A DNA stretch of 60,040 nucleotides, counting the filler, from Actinomycetota bacterium (GTDB lineage: Bacteria > Actinomycetota > Acidimicrobiia > Spongiisociales > UBA4744), in assembly GCA_013152275.1 (NCBI GenBank). It is 3 parts of 3 records of this genome, joined end to end, with 100 filler letters (N's around TTAATTAATTAA, not from the genome) between each part and the next. Parts side by side here need not be neighbours in the genome. Positions count along the whole stretch, not along the records: positions 25,439 to 48,524 come from JAADGS010000066.1; positions 48,625 to 60,040 come from JAADGS010000077.1; 1 more part is not named here. One strand, given 5' to 3'. The position numbers and the translations under genes were made by a program. Shown here piece after piece: positions 37,748-48,731 of this stretch. Numbering within the stretch: the stretch's first letter is position 1; each line of letters starts with the position of its first letter. The notes beneath the pieces were generated by a model. It worked only from the letters and a program-made list of their open reading frames with translations, ran no database searches and was not told where the DNA came from.

Positions 37748-38515
37748 TCACATCCAGTAGCGAACGATCGCGGCGAACTTGTCGGGATCCAGAGACGCCC
37801 CGCCGACCAGTCCCCCATCGATATCCTTCTTGGCCATCAACGCGGCGATGTTGCCAGGGTTCACCGAACCTCCGTAGAGGATCCTCGTCGTGTCCGCGGC
37901 ATCGCCCCATCCCAGTCTCAGAGTGTCACGGATGAATCCAACCATCTCCTGAGCGTCTTCTGGTGCCGCAGTCCGACCGGTCCCGATCGCCCAAATCGGC
38001 TCGTAGGCGATCACCGCTCCTGCCACTTGTTCTGCGTTGAGGCCCCGCAGGCCTGCAGGAATCTGGGAGCCGACCCGTTCGGAGGCGATCCCCGCCTCGC
38101 GCTCGTCCAGTGTCTCACCGACACACACGATTGGTGTCATGTCGTGGGCGAGGACAGCCTTCACCTTGCGATTCACCGACTCGTCCGTTTCGCCGAACAG
38201 TTGCCGACGTTCTGAGTGCCCGACGATCACGAACCGGACGAACAACTTGGCGAGCATCCCCGGCGCGATCTCTCCCGTGAATGCTCCGGACTCCTCCCAG
38301 TGCACGTTCTGTGCTCCGAGCAGGATTCGCATATGGTCGGCTTCGATGACGGTCTGTACCGACCGCAGCGCCGTAAACGGCGGCGCGATCGCGACGTCCA
38401 CACGGTCGAAGTCGGTCGGATCCAGGCGATAGTGAAGTTTCTGGGTCATCTGGATCGCCTCCAGATGCGTCGCATGCATCTTCCAGTTGCCGACAATCAG
38501 ATTCTTACGAGCCAT
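37748..38515 (-). CDS. tpiA: Triosephosphate isomerase
   Basis: [34 protein letters not shown]. Confidence 0.97.
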   Translation of the reverse strand: MARKNLIVGNWKMHATHLEAIQMTQKLHYRLDPTDFDRVDVAIAPPFTALRSVQTVIEADHMRILLGAQNVHWEESGAFTGEIAPGMLAKLFVRFVIVGHSERRQLFGETDESVNRKVKAVLAHDMTPIVCVGETLDEREAGIASERVGSQIPAGLRGLNAEQVAGAVIAYEPIWAIGTGRTAAPEDAQEMVGFIRDTLRLGWGDAADTTRILYGGSVNPGNIAALMAKKDIDGGLVGGASLDPDKFAAIVRYWM

Positions 38516-39692
38516 CAGCCCACCTCTCCAGTGCCGCCACACCCGGCAGCGTCTTTCCCTCCAACATCTCCAAACCGGCACCACCGCCCGTCGACAGGTG
38601 CGACACCGTGTCCGCCAATCCGAGTAGGCGCATAGCGGCCACCGAATCGCCGCCACCGACCACACTGAAACCTCCGAACCCGCTCAGCGAGCGCGCGACC
38701 TGTTCGGTCCCTGCTCGAAAGCGTTCCCACTCGAACACCCCCATCGGCCCGTTCCAGAACACGCTGCCTGAGCCGTGGATGACGGCGGCAAAACGCTCGG
38801 CCGTGTCTGGGCCGATATCGAGTCCTATCCAGTCGTCCGGAATATCGTCGCGATCGACGATCTTGCTCTGCGCATCGGCGGCAAACCGGTCGGCAACGAT
38901 GATGTCCTGTGGCAGGCTGATCCGGTCTCCGTAGGGCGAGGCGAGAATCTCGCGCACCTCGTCGAGACGGTCTTCATCGAACAGGGAGTTCCCAATCTCG
39001 TACCCCTCCGCGGCCAGAAGCGTGAAACACATTCCGCCACCGATGAGCATCATGTCCACCTTCGGAAGCAGTGAACGGATCACGCCGAGCTTGTCCGAAA
39101 TCTTCGCGCCTCCGAGTACCACCGTGAAAGGACGTCCCGGTGCTTCGAGCAGCCTGGTGAGCGCTTCGACCTCCTTGACCAGAAGAGGCCCGGCCACGGA
39201 ACGGAGCCTTTGTGCCACACCGACCGTCGACGCGTGGGCCCGGTGCGCAGTCCCGAACGCGTCGAGGACGAACAGGTCGGCGAGTGCGGCCAAACCATCC
39301 GCGAGTGCCGGATCGTTCTTGGTTTCGCCCGCTTCGAAGCGAGTGTTCTCCAGCAGGATCACATCGCCGGGTCTCGCTCGTTGGACCGCGGCCTGTACCG
39401 AGGGTCCGACCACCGCGTCGAGCTTCTCGACGGGAAAACCTCCGAGCTGGGCCATACGTACTGCAACCGGGTCCATGGCGAACCGGGAATCCCGACCTTT
39501 AGGGCGACCGAGATGGCTGCACACGACAACGATGGCCCCGGCATCTCGCAGACGCACTATCGTCGGGAGACTGGCCCGGATCCGAAAATCATCGGTAACC
39601 GCACCATCTGCGAGCGGCACGTTCAGATCTGAACGCACGAGCACACGAAGTCCCACGACGTCGACGTCGTCCAGAGTGAGGAATCTCGCCAT
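38505..39692 (-). CDS. pgk: Phosphoglycerate kinase
   Basis: DLNVP, SHLGRP, LENTRF, WNGPMGVFE, GGGDS, STGGGA. Confidence 0.97.
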   Translation of the reverse strand: MARFLTLDDVDVVGLRVLVRSDLNVPLADGAVTDDFRIRASLPTIVRLRDAGAIVVVCSHLGRPKGRDSRFAMDPVAVRMAQLGGFPVEKLDAVVGPSVQAAVQRARPGDVILLENTRFEAGETKNDPALADGLAALADLFVLDAFGTAHRAHASTVGVAQRLRSVAGPLLVKEVEALTRLLEAPGRPFTVVLGGAKISDKLGVIRSLLPKVDMMLIGGGMCFTLLAAEGYEIGNSLFDEDRLDEVREILASPYGDRISLPQDIIVADRFAADAQSKIVDRDDIPDDWIGLDIGPDTAERFAAVIHGSGSVFWNGPMGVFEWERFRAGTEQVARSLSGFGGFSVVGGGDSVAAMRLLGLADTVSHLSTGGGAGLEMLEGKTLPGVAALERWADGS

Positions 39693-39702
39693 GGCTTTCT
39701 CC

Positions 39703-40665
39703 TTAGGTCAGCTCGCCGAGTGTTTTTCCCAGCTTGATCGCATCGTGCTGCGGCCAGCCGGCACCGACATCGGCCAGGTCCTCCTGGACCAGATACCAGC
39801 CGAGCGTCTCGACTTCATCTGCCCCGTAAGTGAGTTGTCGAAGCGGTTCGGGCACGTGAAGGTCGCCGCGATGGGCGACGATAACACCCGTTCTGCTGAG
39901 TCCCGTCATCTGCCGGAGCGCCGCGATGTGTCCGATGCCGTCGAGATGCAACGTCTCCCCGTCCTGGGTGGTCAGGTTGGCCACGAAGACGAGCCGTGCC
40001 GATGCCTCATCGAGCGCTTCGACGATACCGGGCACCATCAGCGCCGAGATCAGCGATGTGAACAGGGAGCCGGGACCGAGGATCACCTGATCCGCCGTAC
40101 GTATCGCCCGAAGTGCGTCGACGCTCGCCGGTTCGTCATCCGGTTCGAGGCGCATCGAGGTGATCTTCCCCCGGGTCTTCGTGATCGCCGCCTGCCCATC
40201 AACCCACCGACCGTCGATCTCTGCTCGTAGATGCAGCGAACGGGGCGCCGCGGGAATGACATCCCCGCGGGCGCCCAGCAGGCTCCCCGCGATCCTGACG
40301 GCGGTCGGAAAATCTCCTTCGAAGATATCCTGCAAGGCGGCCAGCATCAGGTTGCCGAGCGAATGCCCCGCAACATCCGTGGCCTCGAAACGGTAGGAGA
40401 ACAACTCGCGCCAGATGGACGGTTCAGGACTGAGTGCGAGGAGACACTTTCTGATGTCGCCCGGCGGAGGAATCTCCAACGTGCTGGTCAGGCGTCCTGA
40501 CGATCCGCCGTCGTCGGCCACGGTGACAACCGCCGCGATGCTTCCTGCGTACAGTTGCACGGCTTCGAGCACCTGTGCAAGACCGTGCCCGCCCCCGATT
40601 GCGACAACGCTCGGCCCTTGCAGGTCGAACCCGAGCGGGTCAAGTGCCACCTCGGGAAGAGTCAT
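39703..40665 (-). CDS. yvcK: YvcK/GlmR family UDP-GlcNAc-binding (gluconeogenesis) factor
   Basis: GGGHGL, VTVADDGGSSGRL, PPGDIR, GHSLGNL, GPGSLFTS. Confidence 0.94.
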   Translation of the reverse strand: MTLPEVALDPLGFDLQGPSVVAIGGGHGLAQVLEAVQLYAGSIAAVVTVADDGGSSGRLTSTLEIPPPGDIRKCLLALSPEPSIWRELFSYRFEATDVAGHSLGNLMLAALQDIFEGDFPTAVRIAGSLLGARGDVIPAAPRSLHLRAEIDGRWVDGQAAITKTRGKITSMRLEPDDEPASVDALRAIRTADQVILGPGSLFTSLISALMVPGIVEALDEASARLVFVANLTTQDGETLHLDGIGHIAALRQMTGLSRTGVIVAHRGDLHVPEPLRQLTYGADEVETLGWYLVQEDLADVGAGWPQHDAIKLGKTLGELT

Positions 40666-41522
40666 CGTTCGACGTCTCGGTGCCGCACCGTCGCCTGGAC
40701 TCCCCGGCCGTCCAACCATCGGGCAAGTGCCTCGGCAATCGCGACCGAACGGTGCCTGCCGCCGGTGCACCCGACACCGATGCTCAGATACGACTTGCCT
40801 TCGTGGCGGAACCTGGGCATCAGAAAGTCGATCAGTCCCTGGACACGCTGGAGGAACTCCTGTGCATCATGCTCGTCGAGAACGTAGTCGCGCACTGCGG
40901 GATCGCGTCCGTTGAGAGGGCGAAGGTTCTCTTGCCAGTACGGATTCGGGAGAAAGCGAACGTCGAACAGCAGGTCGGCATCCCGTGGCGCTCCGTACTT
41001 GAAGCCGAACGACGAGATGGCGACACGCATCGGGCGTTCCGGGCGTGCCTCCTCGAACTGCTCTTCGAGACGACGCCGCAGCTCATGGACGTTCGTTTCC
41101 GTCGTATCGATCACGAAGTCGGCTTCTGCTCGCAGTTCGGCAAGCAACTCACGTTCGGCTGCGATCGATTCGCTGAGTGTTCCCGCGGCCACCGGGTGAG
41201 GACGCCGATTCTCCTCGAAACGGCGGATCAGCGACTCGTCGGTGGCGTCGAGAAACAGGAGCGACGGCTCGACCCCTTCACGTTCGAGATTGTCGATCGT
41301 CTTGTTGATCTCGTCGATCGGATAGCCACCGCGGGCGTCTACGACCACGGCCAGCCGTCGGGGCACCTCGGCCAGGTCGTTGTAGCGGACGACGTCGCTG
41401 ATGAGCGATGGGGGAAGGTTGTCCACAACGAGATAGCCGAGGTCCTCGAGCACCTTTGCGGCGGTGGAGCGGCCCGCACCAGACATGCCGGTGACGACGA
41501 GAACTCGGGGACGTCTAACCAG
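40662..41522 (-). CDS. rapZ: RNase adapter RapZ (YvcJ); start uncertain
   Basis: VTGMSGAGRS, VDNLP, SFGFKYG, FDVRFLPNP, GCTGGRHRS. Confidence 0.95.
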   Translation of the reverse strand: MVRRPRVLVVTGMSGAGRSTAAKVLEDLGYLVVDNLPPSLISDVVRYNDLAEVPRRLAVVVDARGGYPIDEINKTIDNLEREGVEPSLLFLDATDESLIRRFEENRRPHPVAAGTLSESIAAERELLAELRAEADFVIDTTETNVHELRRRLEEQFEEARPERPMRVAISSFGFKYGAPRDADLLFDVRFLPNPYWQENLRPLNGRDPAVRDYVLDEHDAQEFLQRVQGLIDFLMPRFRHEGKSYLSIGVGCTGGRHRSVAIAEALARWLDGRGVQATVRHRDVER

Positions 41523-41988
41523 CGGCGGCCTCCATTTCCAACATGGCACGTTTCAGATCCGAGCCACCCCCATAGTGGCCCACACCCCCAGAGGAGGGTA
41601 CGACCCGATGACAGGGAATGATCGGTGCAAACGGGTTGCGGGCCATCGCCTGCCCGACGGCGCGTCCACCGCCGGGGCTGCCTACGGCCTTCGCCACTTC
41701 GCCATAGGTCATGACCTCCCCCGGTGGAATCCCCGACACAACCTCATAGACCGCACGAAGGAACGGAGTGCGCGCATGGGCGACCAGTGCAGCATCGGGT
41801 TCCCACGCGCTCACATCACCGTTGAAGTATCGTGTCAATCGTGCCACCAGATCCTCCACCTGGACTGGAACATCGGAGTTCGCCGGCGTGTCCGGCGGGG
41901 TCCCTCCAGGCAAGATCATCTCGACGATCGTGTCGCCTTCGAAGGCCACCCAGCCGGTCCCGAACGTTGTCTCGTATCCGAGTCTCAT
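41515..41988 (-). CDS. ogt: Methylated-DNA--protein-cysteine methyltransferase
   Basis: TYGEVA, RAVGQAMARNP, PCHRV active site. Confidence 0.93.
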   Translation of the reverse strand: MRLGYETTFGTGWVAFEGDTIVEMILPGGTPPDTPANSDVPVQVEDLVARLTRYFNGDVSAWEPDAALVAHARTPFLRAVYEVVSGIPPGEVMTYGEVAKAVGSPGGGRAVGQAMARNPFAPIIPCHRVVPSSGGVGHYGGGSDLKRAMLEMEAAAG

Positions 41989-43814
41989 CGCTGCTCCTGT
42001 CCGTGCAGTGCAGCATACAAGTCCGTGGCCACCTGCCGAGGCACTACTTTGGCCAGAGCGTCGACGTCCGCATCCCGCATCTTCTTCAACGACCCGAACC
42101 TGCGCAGCAGTTGCTTTTTCCGGGTCGGACCGATGCCCCGAACATCGTCGAGGGTCGAGTCGACCATGGAACGCGAACGTAGGTTGCGGTGATAGGTGAT
42201 CGCAAACCGGTGGGCCTCGTCGCGGACGCGTTGGAGTAGATGCAGCGCCGCTTCATCTCTCGGGATCCGCAGCGGGTCGGCGACGCCCGGCAGGTACACC
42301 TCTTCCATCTTCTTGGCGAGCCCGGCCACAGGAATATCGAGGGCAAGGTCTTCGAGAACTCGAACGGCGCGTGACAGCTGTCCCGCCCCGCCGTCGATCA
42401 GCACGAGCGACGGCGGGTATGAGAACCGGCCTCGCTCCTCGACCGGGCGCTCCCGTTCGGCCACAAACGCCTCGAAGCGGCGCCGCAGGACTTCCTCCAT
42501 CGATGCGAAATCATCTTGACCTTCTACGGTGCGGATCTTGAAGCGCCGGTAGTCGGACCGTTTGGGAAGCCCATCTTCGAGTACCACCATCGAACCGACC
42601 GTGTTGGTGCCTTGGATCGTGGAGATGTCGTATGCCTCGATTCTCAACGGGGCGTGCGGCAAACCGAGGGCATCCTGGAGGCTGCGAAGAGCTCTTGCTC
42701 TGGCGTTGTGGTCCGATTGGCGACGAAGGCGATGGCGGGTGAAGGAATCGGCCGCGTTCACCCGTGCGGTCTCCATCAGGTGCCGCTTCGCGCCGCGTAG
42801 AGGAACGCGCAACGTGACACGTGCCCCTCGCCTCTCCGAGAGCCATCTCTCCCGAACAGCACGATCAGGAGGCATCTCCTGCACGAGGACGAGTTTGGGT
42901 GGCACCTCATCTCCGTAGATCTCACGCAGCATCTGCCCGATGAGCTCGGCGTTCGAGACCAGCTCGACTTTATCGACGATCGTGCCGAGACGCCCGATGA
43001 CCCTGCCGCGCCGTATCCGCAAGAGCTGCACCGATGCTTCGAGATCGTCCTCTTCGACGGCGATAACGTCGAAGTCCTCGGGTCGGTCGGTCACGACCTC
43101 CTGGCGTTCGAGCGCCTTCGCAACGTCCGCAAGGCGGTCGCGGTACCGGGCTGCCTGTTCGTACTCGAGGTTCGCCGCAGCCTCCTCCATTTCCTGTCGA
43201 AGGTTTCCGACAATGTCATCGGTACGACCTTCGAGGAAGCCGGCGAGACCGTCGACCATCGCTCCATACGTCTCCGGGGTCACTTCCCCGATGCAGGGGC
43301 CCGAGCACTTGTCGATATGAAACAGGAGGCAGGGACGACCCATGGCCTGGTGGCGACGGTACAGACCGTCGGAGCAGGTGCGGATGGGAAAGGTCTTGAG
43401 GAGCAGGTCGAGTGTGGAGCGAATCGCATAGGCATGGGCGTAGGGTCCGAAGTACTGAGTGCCCTTCCTACGCCTGCCTCGCATCACTCTGGCTTGTGGC
43501 CATTCATCGCTGCGAGTGATCGCCAGATACGGGTACGACTTGTCGTCCCGGAGCCTGATGTTGAACCGTGGTCGGTGCTTCTTGATGAGTGAGTACTCGA
43601 GCATGAGCGCTTCGACCTCATTCGCCGTCACGATCCACTCGACGGTTTCGGCTTCGTCGACTTTCGAGGCACCTGGACCGACCTGGCTGAAGTGATTGAC
43701 GACGCGTTTGCGCAGGGATTTCGCCTTTCCGACGTAGATCACTTGTCCGTGTGGGTCACGGAACAGATACGCGCCGGGAAGGTCCGGGATCTCCGATGGG
43801 CTCGGGCGCTGCAT
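41985..43814 (-). CDS. uvrC: Excinuclease ABC subunit C
   Basis: GIY-YIG (PGAYLF..IYVGKAKSLRKR), RIEAYDIS, IDGGAGQ, RDEAHRFA, HhH. Confidence 0.97.
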   Translation of the reverse strand: MQRPSPSEIPDLPGAYLFRDPHGQVIYVGKAKSLRKRVVNHFSQVGPGASKVDEAETVEWIVTANEVEALMLEYSLIKKHRPRFNIRLRDDKSYPYLAITRSDEWPQARVMRGRRRKGTQYFGPYAHAYAIRSTLDLLLKTFPIRTCSDGLYRRHQAMGRPCLLFHIDKCSGPCIGEVTPETYGAMVDGLAGFLEGRTDDIVGNLRQEMEEAAANLEYEQAARYRDRLADVAKALERQEVVTDRPEDFDVIAVEEDDLEASVQLLRIRRGRVIGRLGTIVDKVELVSNAELIGQMLREIYGDEVPPKLVLVQEMPPDRAVRERWLSERRGARVTLRVPLRGAKRHLMETARVNAADSFTRHRLRRQSDHNARARALRSLQDALGLPHAPLRIEAYDISTIQGTNTVGSMVVLEDGLPKRSDYRRFKIRTVEGQDDFASMEEVLRRRFEAFVAERERPVEERGRFSYPPSLVLIDGGAGQLSRAVRVLEDLALDIPVAGLAKKMEEVYLPGVADPLRIPRDEAALHLLQRVRDEAHRFAITYHRNLRSRSMVDSTLDDVRGIGPTRKKQLLRRFGSLKKMRDADVDALAKVVPRQVATDLYAALHGQEQR

Positions 43815-43841
43815 TCCTATCGAGTGTATCGGGCCGCCCGG

Positions 43842-44531
43842 TTACGGCTTGCGCCACCGCACGGCGAGCAGGCGGGGAATCTCCGATTGGGGGGCGAGAA
43901 GAGGATCATCACCAACGACAGCTCGCTCGATCATGCGTTCGAGGATCCAGCCTGCGTCGGCGGCGGTGTTGAGAAGCTTGGAGAGGGAGCGGTGAGAAAA
44001 GGCCACCGTGGCCTCACCTGCGGGCTCGCTGGTCGTTCCGCCGGACAGGTAGTCCCCCCACCGCCAGAACAACTCACCGTCGGTCGGATCGACGATCGGC
44101 CCGGATTGGGGAGCGGTATAGAAAGGGTGATTCATGACTGCTGCGAAGACCCCTCCACGTCTCATCACTCTGGCCACCTCCTCAAACACTCTGCGCAGAT
44201 CGACGAGATGTTCGAACACGAGTGACGCGTACGCTCCACCGAATGACATGGCTCGGGCCCATCCGAGATCCGGCAGCCGGCACTGAACGACGGGTCCCGG
44301 ATCCGCGGCGGCCGAGAGAAGGTCATGGTTCAGATCGCATCCGACGACGTCGACGCCCCGTGCCTGCAATTCGCGCATGACTCGCCCCTCCCCGCACCCG
44401 AGATCGAGGTATCGGGTGCCGGCTTGGGCCACCAAAGCCTCGAGCAGCAACGGAGCGACGACGTCATGGTACGCGGAGTCGCCTTCGAGTTCGCCCCGCC
44501 ACCAGTTGCCGAGGTCAGACCAGGTATCCAT
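43842..44531 (-). CDS. Class I SAM-dependent methyltransferase
   Basis: YLDLGCGEG motif I; ATG 44531. Confidence 0.85.
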   Translation of the reverse strand: MDTWSDLGNWWRGELEGDSAYHDVVAPLLLEALVAQAGTRYLDLGCGEGRVMRELQARGVDVVGCDLNHDLLSAAADPGPVVQCRLPDLGWARAMSFGGAYASLVFEHLVDLRRVFEEVARVMRRGGVFAAVMNHPFYTAPQSGPIVDPTDGELFWRWGDYLSGGTTSEPAGEATVAFSHRSLSKLLNTAADAGWILERMIERAVVGDDPLLAPQSEIPRLLAVRWRKP

Positions 44532-44599
44532 GTCCGCAAGCGTGGCACACGTGTCCGAGAACCGCCACACATCCGGTCTCCCCATGACAGAATGGCACA

Positions 44600-45718
44600 G
44601 TGCAGCAGGACCAGCCTCACGAGTTGACGCGAGCCCGATGGCTGCTCTGGTTCTTGCTCGGAGTCTCGGTTGCATTGTCCCTCCAGACTCTCCAGGCCAT
44701 GGCAACCGGCGGATGGGACGGCCTCGTCAACGTTGGTGAGGACTCGAGTCTCAGACCTTTCATCGAGCAGGAACTAGGACGCGTCGCGACCACTCCCGGC
44801 GGCCATGACGGCCAATTCTCGCTCGTGCTGGCCCTGGATCCATTCGGCCGCACCGGTACACACCGACTGTTCGACCACGACGCGTATCGATACCGTCGCA
44901 TCCTCTACCCATTGCTCTCGGGCGGCTTCGGTCTAGTCCACGGACGCGCCGTCCTCGCCGGACTCGTACTGGTTGCGGCTTTTGGGGTCGGTCTCGCCAC
45001 AGCATCGGTAGCTCGGCTCGCCGGGTTGCTTGGTGCCCGCCTCTGGGTTGTTTTCGGAGTTCTTGCCAATCCGGGCGTCTGGATGTCGGTGCAACTTCTG
45101 ACCTCGGATACGCTTGCGCTCGGGTTGAGCCTCACAGGCGTCGTGCTCTGGCTCGAACGACGTCGCGCGTGGGCGCTCGTGATCTTTGCCCTCGCTCTGC
45201 TCACAAAGGACCAGTATCTTCTCGTACCTTTGGCGATTGCCGGCTGGGCCTGGTCAAGGGGTCTTCGACGGCAGGCTGCACTCGTGGCCGTTGTCCCTGC
45301 GCTGCCCCTCATCGCATGGGCAACGTCACTCGATCTGATACTCGGTGGAGGGTTCGCCACTCGAAGCAACGTTGCCTTGCTTGGGGTCCTGGATTCCGCC
45401 CGCGTCTGGACGGAGACGTTACCGGCTGAGCAAGCCCTCATCGGTGTGACCATTGCCGGACTCTGCATCGCCGCGGTGGCACCGTTTCGCGCGGGAAAGC
45501 TGTTCCGCTGGCTCGCCTGGCCATGGGTCTTGCTTGCTCTGACAACCTCCACTTGGGTCTGGGATCTCGGCAATAACGCGGCGCGGGTGCTGACCCCACT
45601 ATGGGTGTTGGGGCTCTTGGCGCTTTCGGTAGCCATCGAAACACCGCGATGTGCCCGCGTCCCCCGTGACCTGCAGACACGCGGCGCCTCCACTCCATAT
45701 CAAGGGCGGATTCCCTGA
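44600..45718 (+). CDS. Multi-TM GT-C-like membrane protein (cell-surface glycopolymer type)
   Basis: GHDGQF..DP, AYRYRRILYP, LALLTKD; about 10 TM. Confidence 0.65.
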   Translation: MQQDQPHELTRARWLLWFLLGVSVALSLQTLQAMATGGWDGLVNVGEDSSLRPFIEQELGRVATTPGGHDGQFSLVLALDPFGRTGTHRLFDHDAYRYRRILYPLLSGGFGLVHGRAVLAGLVLVAAFGVGLATASVARLAGLLGARLWVVFGVLANPGVWMSVQLLTSDTLALGLSLTGVVLWLERRRAWALVIFALALLTKDQYLLVPLAIAGWAWSRGLRRQAALVAVVPALPLIAWATSLDLILGGGFATRSNVALLGVLDSARVWTETLPAEQALIGVTIAGLCIAAVAPFRAGKLFRWLAWPWVLLALTTSTWVWDLGNNAARVLTPLWVLGLLALSVAIETPRCARVPRDLQTRGASTPYQGRIP

Positions 45719-45743
45719 ATCAAGTGAAGACAGCACTCGACGG

Positions 45744-48524
45744 TCAGCTGCCGCGAGCCAACACCTCACGCAGGAACTTGCCGGTATAGCTCTCTGGCAC
45801 GCCGAGGATCGCCTCAGGTGTGCCCTCGGCCACGACCGAGCCACCCTCGTCACCACCTTCCGGTCCGAGGTCGATGACCCAGTCGGCCGTCTTGACCACA
45901 TCGAGATTATGTTCGATCACGACCACGGTGTTGCCCGAGTCGACGAGACGACCAAGCACGCCAAGCAGTTTACGAATGTCCTCGAAGTGCAGGCCCGTCG
46001 TCGGCTCGTCGAGAATGTAGAACGTACGACCCGTCGATCGCTTTCCCAGCTCCGAGGCGAGTTTCACCCGCTGTGCCTCTCCCCCGGACAAGGTCGGTGC
46101 CGGTTGTCCAAGCTTGAGATAGCCGAGTCCGACATCGTAGATCGTCTGGAGAGTCCTGGCGATCCTTGGCTGGTTCTCGAAGAAGCCGAGCGCTTCCTCG
46201 ACCGACATGGCGAGCACGTCGGCGATCGTCCGGCCCTTCCAGAGTACTTCGAGGGTTTCACGGTTGTAGCGCTTCCCTTTGCACACTTCGCACGGCACGT
46301 ACACGTCGGGCAGGAAGTGCATCTCGATCTTGATCGTACCGTCGCCCTTGCACGCGTCGCATCGACCGCCCTTCACGTTGAACGAGAAGCGGCCCGGTTT
46401 GTAGCCGCGAACCTTTGCTTCGGGCGTGGACGCGAAGAGTGCCCGGATATGATCGAAGACACCCGTGTAGGTCGCGGCGTTGGAACGGGGTGTTCGCCCG
46501 ATGGGCGACTGATCGATATCGATCACCTTGTCGATCTGCTCCACACCGAGCAGTCTGCGATGGCGGCCCGGCATCGCCCGGGAACGGTGCAGCGTATGGT
46601 GCAGGCTCTTGGAGAGTATTTCTTCCACCAGCGACGATTTCCCACTGCCCGACACACCGGTCACGGTGATGAGGAGGCCCAGGGGAAACCGAACGTCGAT
46701 CTCCTTGAGGTTGTTCTCTCGTGCTCCAAGCACTTCGATCGCCCGACCGTCAGCCTGTCGACGAGTGGCGGGAACCGGTATCTGGCGACGTCCCGCCAGG
46801 TAGTCCCCGGTGATTGATCCCGGCTCTTCGATGATCGCCTCGAGAGGACCTTCGGCGACGATCATGCCACCGTGTTCTCCCGCCCCCGGACCGATGTCGA
46901 CGATATGATCCGCGATGCGGATCGTCTCCTCGTCATGTTCGACGACAATCAGCGTGTTACCGAGATCGCGCAATCGGATCAACGTCTCGATCAGACGCTG
47001 GTTGTCCCGCTGGTGCAGCCCGATCGAAGGTTCATCGAGGATATAGAGGACACCAACAAGCCCTGAACCGATCTGCGTCGCGAGACGAATCCGTTGCGCC
47101 TCTCCCCCGGCCAGGGTCGCTGCACTTCGTGACAACGTCAGGTAGTCGAGGCCGACATCGAGCAGGAAGCGCAGACGTGCCCTGATCTCCTTGAGGACAC
47201 GCGCCCCGATGCGTTCCTGGCGGTCGGTGAGGTGCAGACCCTCGATGAACCGTGAGGCGTGACCCAGCGACAGCGACGACAGCTCTGCGATGTTCATCCC
47301 ACCGATGGTCACTGCCAGGGAGACCGGGTTCAGCCTCGCGCCTTCGCATGCGTCACACGGCACCTCCCGCATGAACTCCTGGTAGTACTCGCGGGCAGAG
47401 TCCGATTCGGCGCTCTCGTGCCGCCGGCGCAGGAACGGCAAGACACCCTCGTAGGTCGTCGAGTACCTGCGGCGTCTCCCGAACCGGTTGACATATGACA
47501 CCTCGATCTTGCGATCTCCCGTCCCATACAGAAGTGCCTCACGCTCGTCTTGTGCGAGGTCCTGAAAGGGCGTGTCGGTGGAGAATCCGAGGTGGGCGGC
47601 GACGCCGGCCTGGAGGCGCTGGAAGTACCGGCCACGGTGCCCTGCCCACGGAGCGAGAGCGCCCTGGTCGATGGAGCGCTCGGGATCGGGAACCACCAAC
47701 TCGGGATCGACCTGGTAGCGCGTGCCGATACCTGAACACGCCGTACAGGCCCCGTAGGGACTGTTGAACGAGAAATTGCGCGGCTGGAGTTCATCGAATG
47801 AGACCCCACAGTGCGTGCAGGCGAGATGTTGGCTGAAGTTGAGGACCGGTCCGTCACTCACTTCGACAACGGCCACACCCTGAGCGAGATGCAGCGCCGT
47901 CTCGAGCGACTCTGAGAGACGGCGTTCAACGCCTTGCCTGCGAACCAGACGGTCGACAACAACCTCGATCGTATGCTGGTAGTAACGGTCGAGCCTGATG
48001 TCCTCGGTGAGATCCCGCACTTCACCATCGATGCGGGCCCGGCTAAAACCCTCTCTTCCCAGCTCGGACAGAAGGGCCTCGTACTCGCCCTTTCGACCCC
48101 TGACCACCGGTGCGAGGATCTGAAAGCGCGAGTCTTCCGGCAATTCGAGGATCTGATCGACGATCTGCTGAGGGGTCTGCCTTGCCACTTCGCGCCCACA
48201 GTTCGGACAGTGCGGCGTCCCGATCCGCGCATAGAGCAGGCGCAGATAGTCATGAATCTCGGTGACGGTCCCGACTGTCGACCTGGGGTTCCGCGAGGCG
48301 GTCTTCTGGTCGATCGAGATCGCCGGTGACAGACCTTCGATGAAGTCGACATCCGGCTTGTCCATCTGTCCGAGGAACTGGCGCGCGTACGCCGACAGCG
48401 ACTCGACATACCGACGCTGGCCTTCCGCATAGATCGTGTCGAACGCCAGTGACGATTTCCCCGACCCGGAGATGCCGGTGAAGACGATCAGTTTGTTTCG
48501 CGGCAGCTCCAGCGTGAGGTTCTT
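45744..48524 (-). CDS. uvrA: Excinuclease ABC subunit A (5' end truncated by contig end)
   Basis: [10 protein letters not shown] upstream of the ORF-track start, Zn fingers, [31 protein letters not shown]. Confidence 0.97.
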   Translation of the reverse strand, partial: KNLTLELPRNKLIVFTGISGSGKSSLAFDTIYAEGQRRYVESLSAYARQFLGQMDKPDVDFIEGLSPAISIDQKTASRNPRSTVGTVTEIHDYLRLLYARIGTPHCPNCGREVARQTPQQIVDQILELPEDSRFQILAPVVRGRKGEYEALLSELGREGFSRARIDGEVRDLTEDIRLDRYYQHTIEVVVDRLVRRQGVERRLSESLETALHLAQGVAVVEVSDGPVLNFSQHLACTHCGVSFDELQPRNFSFNSPYGACTACSGIGTRYQVDPELVVPDPERSIDQGALAPWAGHRGRYFQRLQAGVAAHLGFSTDTPFQDLAQDEREALLYGTGDRKIEVSYVNRFGRRRRYSTTYEGVLPFLRRRHESAESDSAREYYQEFMREVPCDACEGARLNPVSLAVTIGGMNIAELSSLSLGHASRFIEGLHLTDRQERIGARVLKEIRARLRFLLDVGLDYLTLSRSAATLAGGEAQRIRLATQIGSGLVGVLYILDEPSIGLHQRDNQRLIETLIRLRDLGNTLIVVEHDEETIRIADHIVDIGPGAGEHGGMIVAEGPLEAIIEEPGSITGDYLAGRRQIPVPATRRQADGRAIEVLGARENNLKEIDVRFPLGLLITVTGVSGSGKSSLVEEILSKSLHHTLHRSRAMPGRHRRLLGVEQIDKVIDIDQSPIGRTPRSNAATYTGVFDHIRALFASTPEAKVRGYKPGRFSFNVKGGRCDACKGDGTIKIEMHFLPDVYVPCEVCKGKRYNRETLEVLWKGRTIADVLAMSVEEALGFFENQPRIARTLQTIYDVGLGYLKLGQPAPTLSGGEAQRVKLASELGKRSTGRTFYILDEPTTGLHFEDIRKLLGVLGRLVDSGNTVVVIEHNLDVVKTADWVIDLGPEGGDEGGSVVAEGTPEAILGVPESYTGKFLREVLARGS

Positions 48525-48624
48525 NNNNNNNNNNNNNNNNNNNNNNNNNNNNNNNNNNNNNNNNNNNNTTAATTAATTAANNNNNNNNNNNNNNNNNNNN
48601 NNNNNNNNNNNNNNNNNNNNNNNN
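48525..48624. other. Artificial contig-joining linker
   Basis: N-run + TTAATTAATTAA + N-run. Confidence 0.98.
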
Positions 48625-48731
48625 CTCAGTCGTCGTGCAGGCGCAGCCGGGCGCGGGGCCCGGAGTGCGACCGGGTGCGGGGCCCGGGGTGCGACCGGAC
48701 GGCTCAGTCGTCGTGCAGGCGCAGCCGGGCG
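48625..48731 (+). repeat. 29-bp duplication of the neighbouring gene's 3' end (78-bp period) enclosing two 24-bp repeats
   Basis: CTCAGTCGTCGTGCAGGCGCAGCCGGGCG at 48625 and 48703. Confidence 0.85.
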
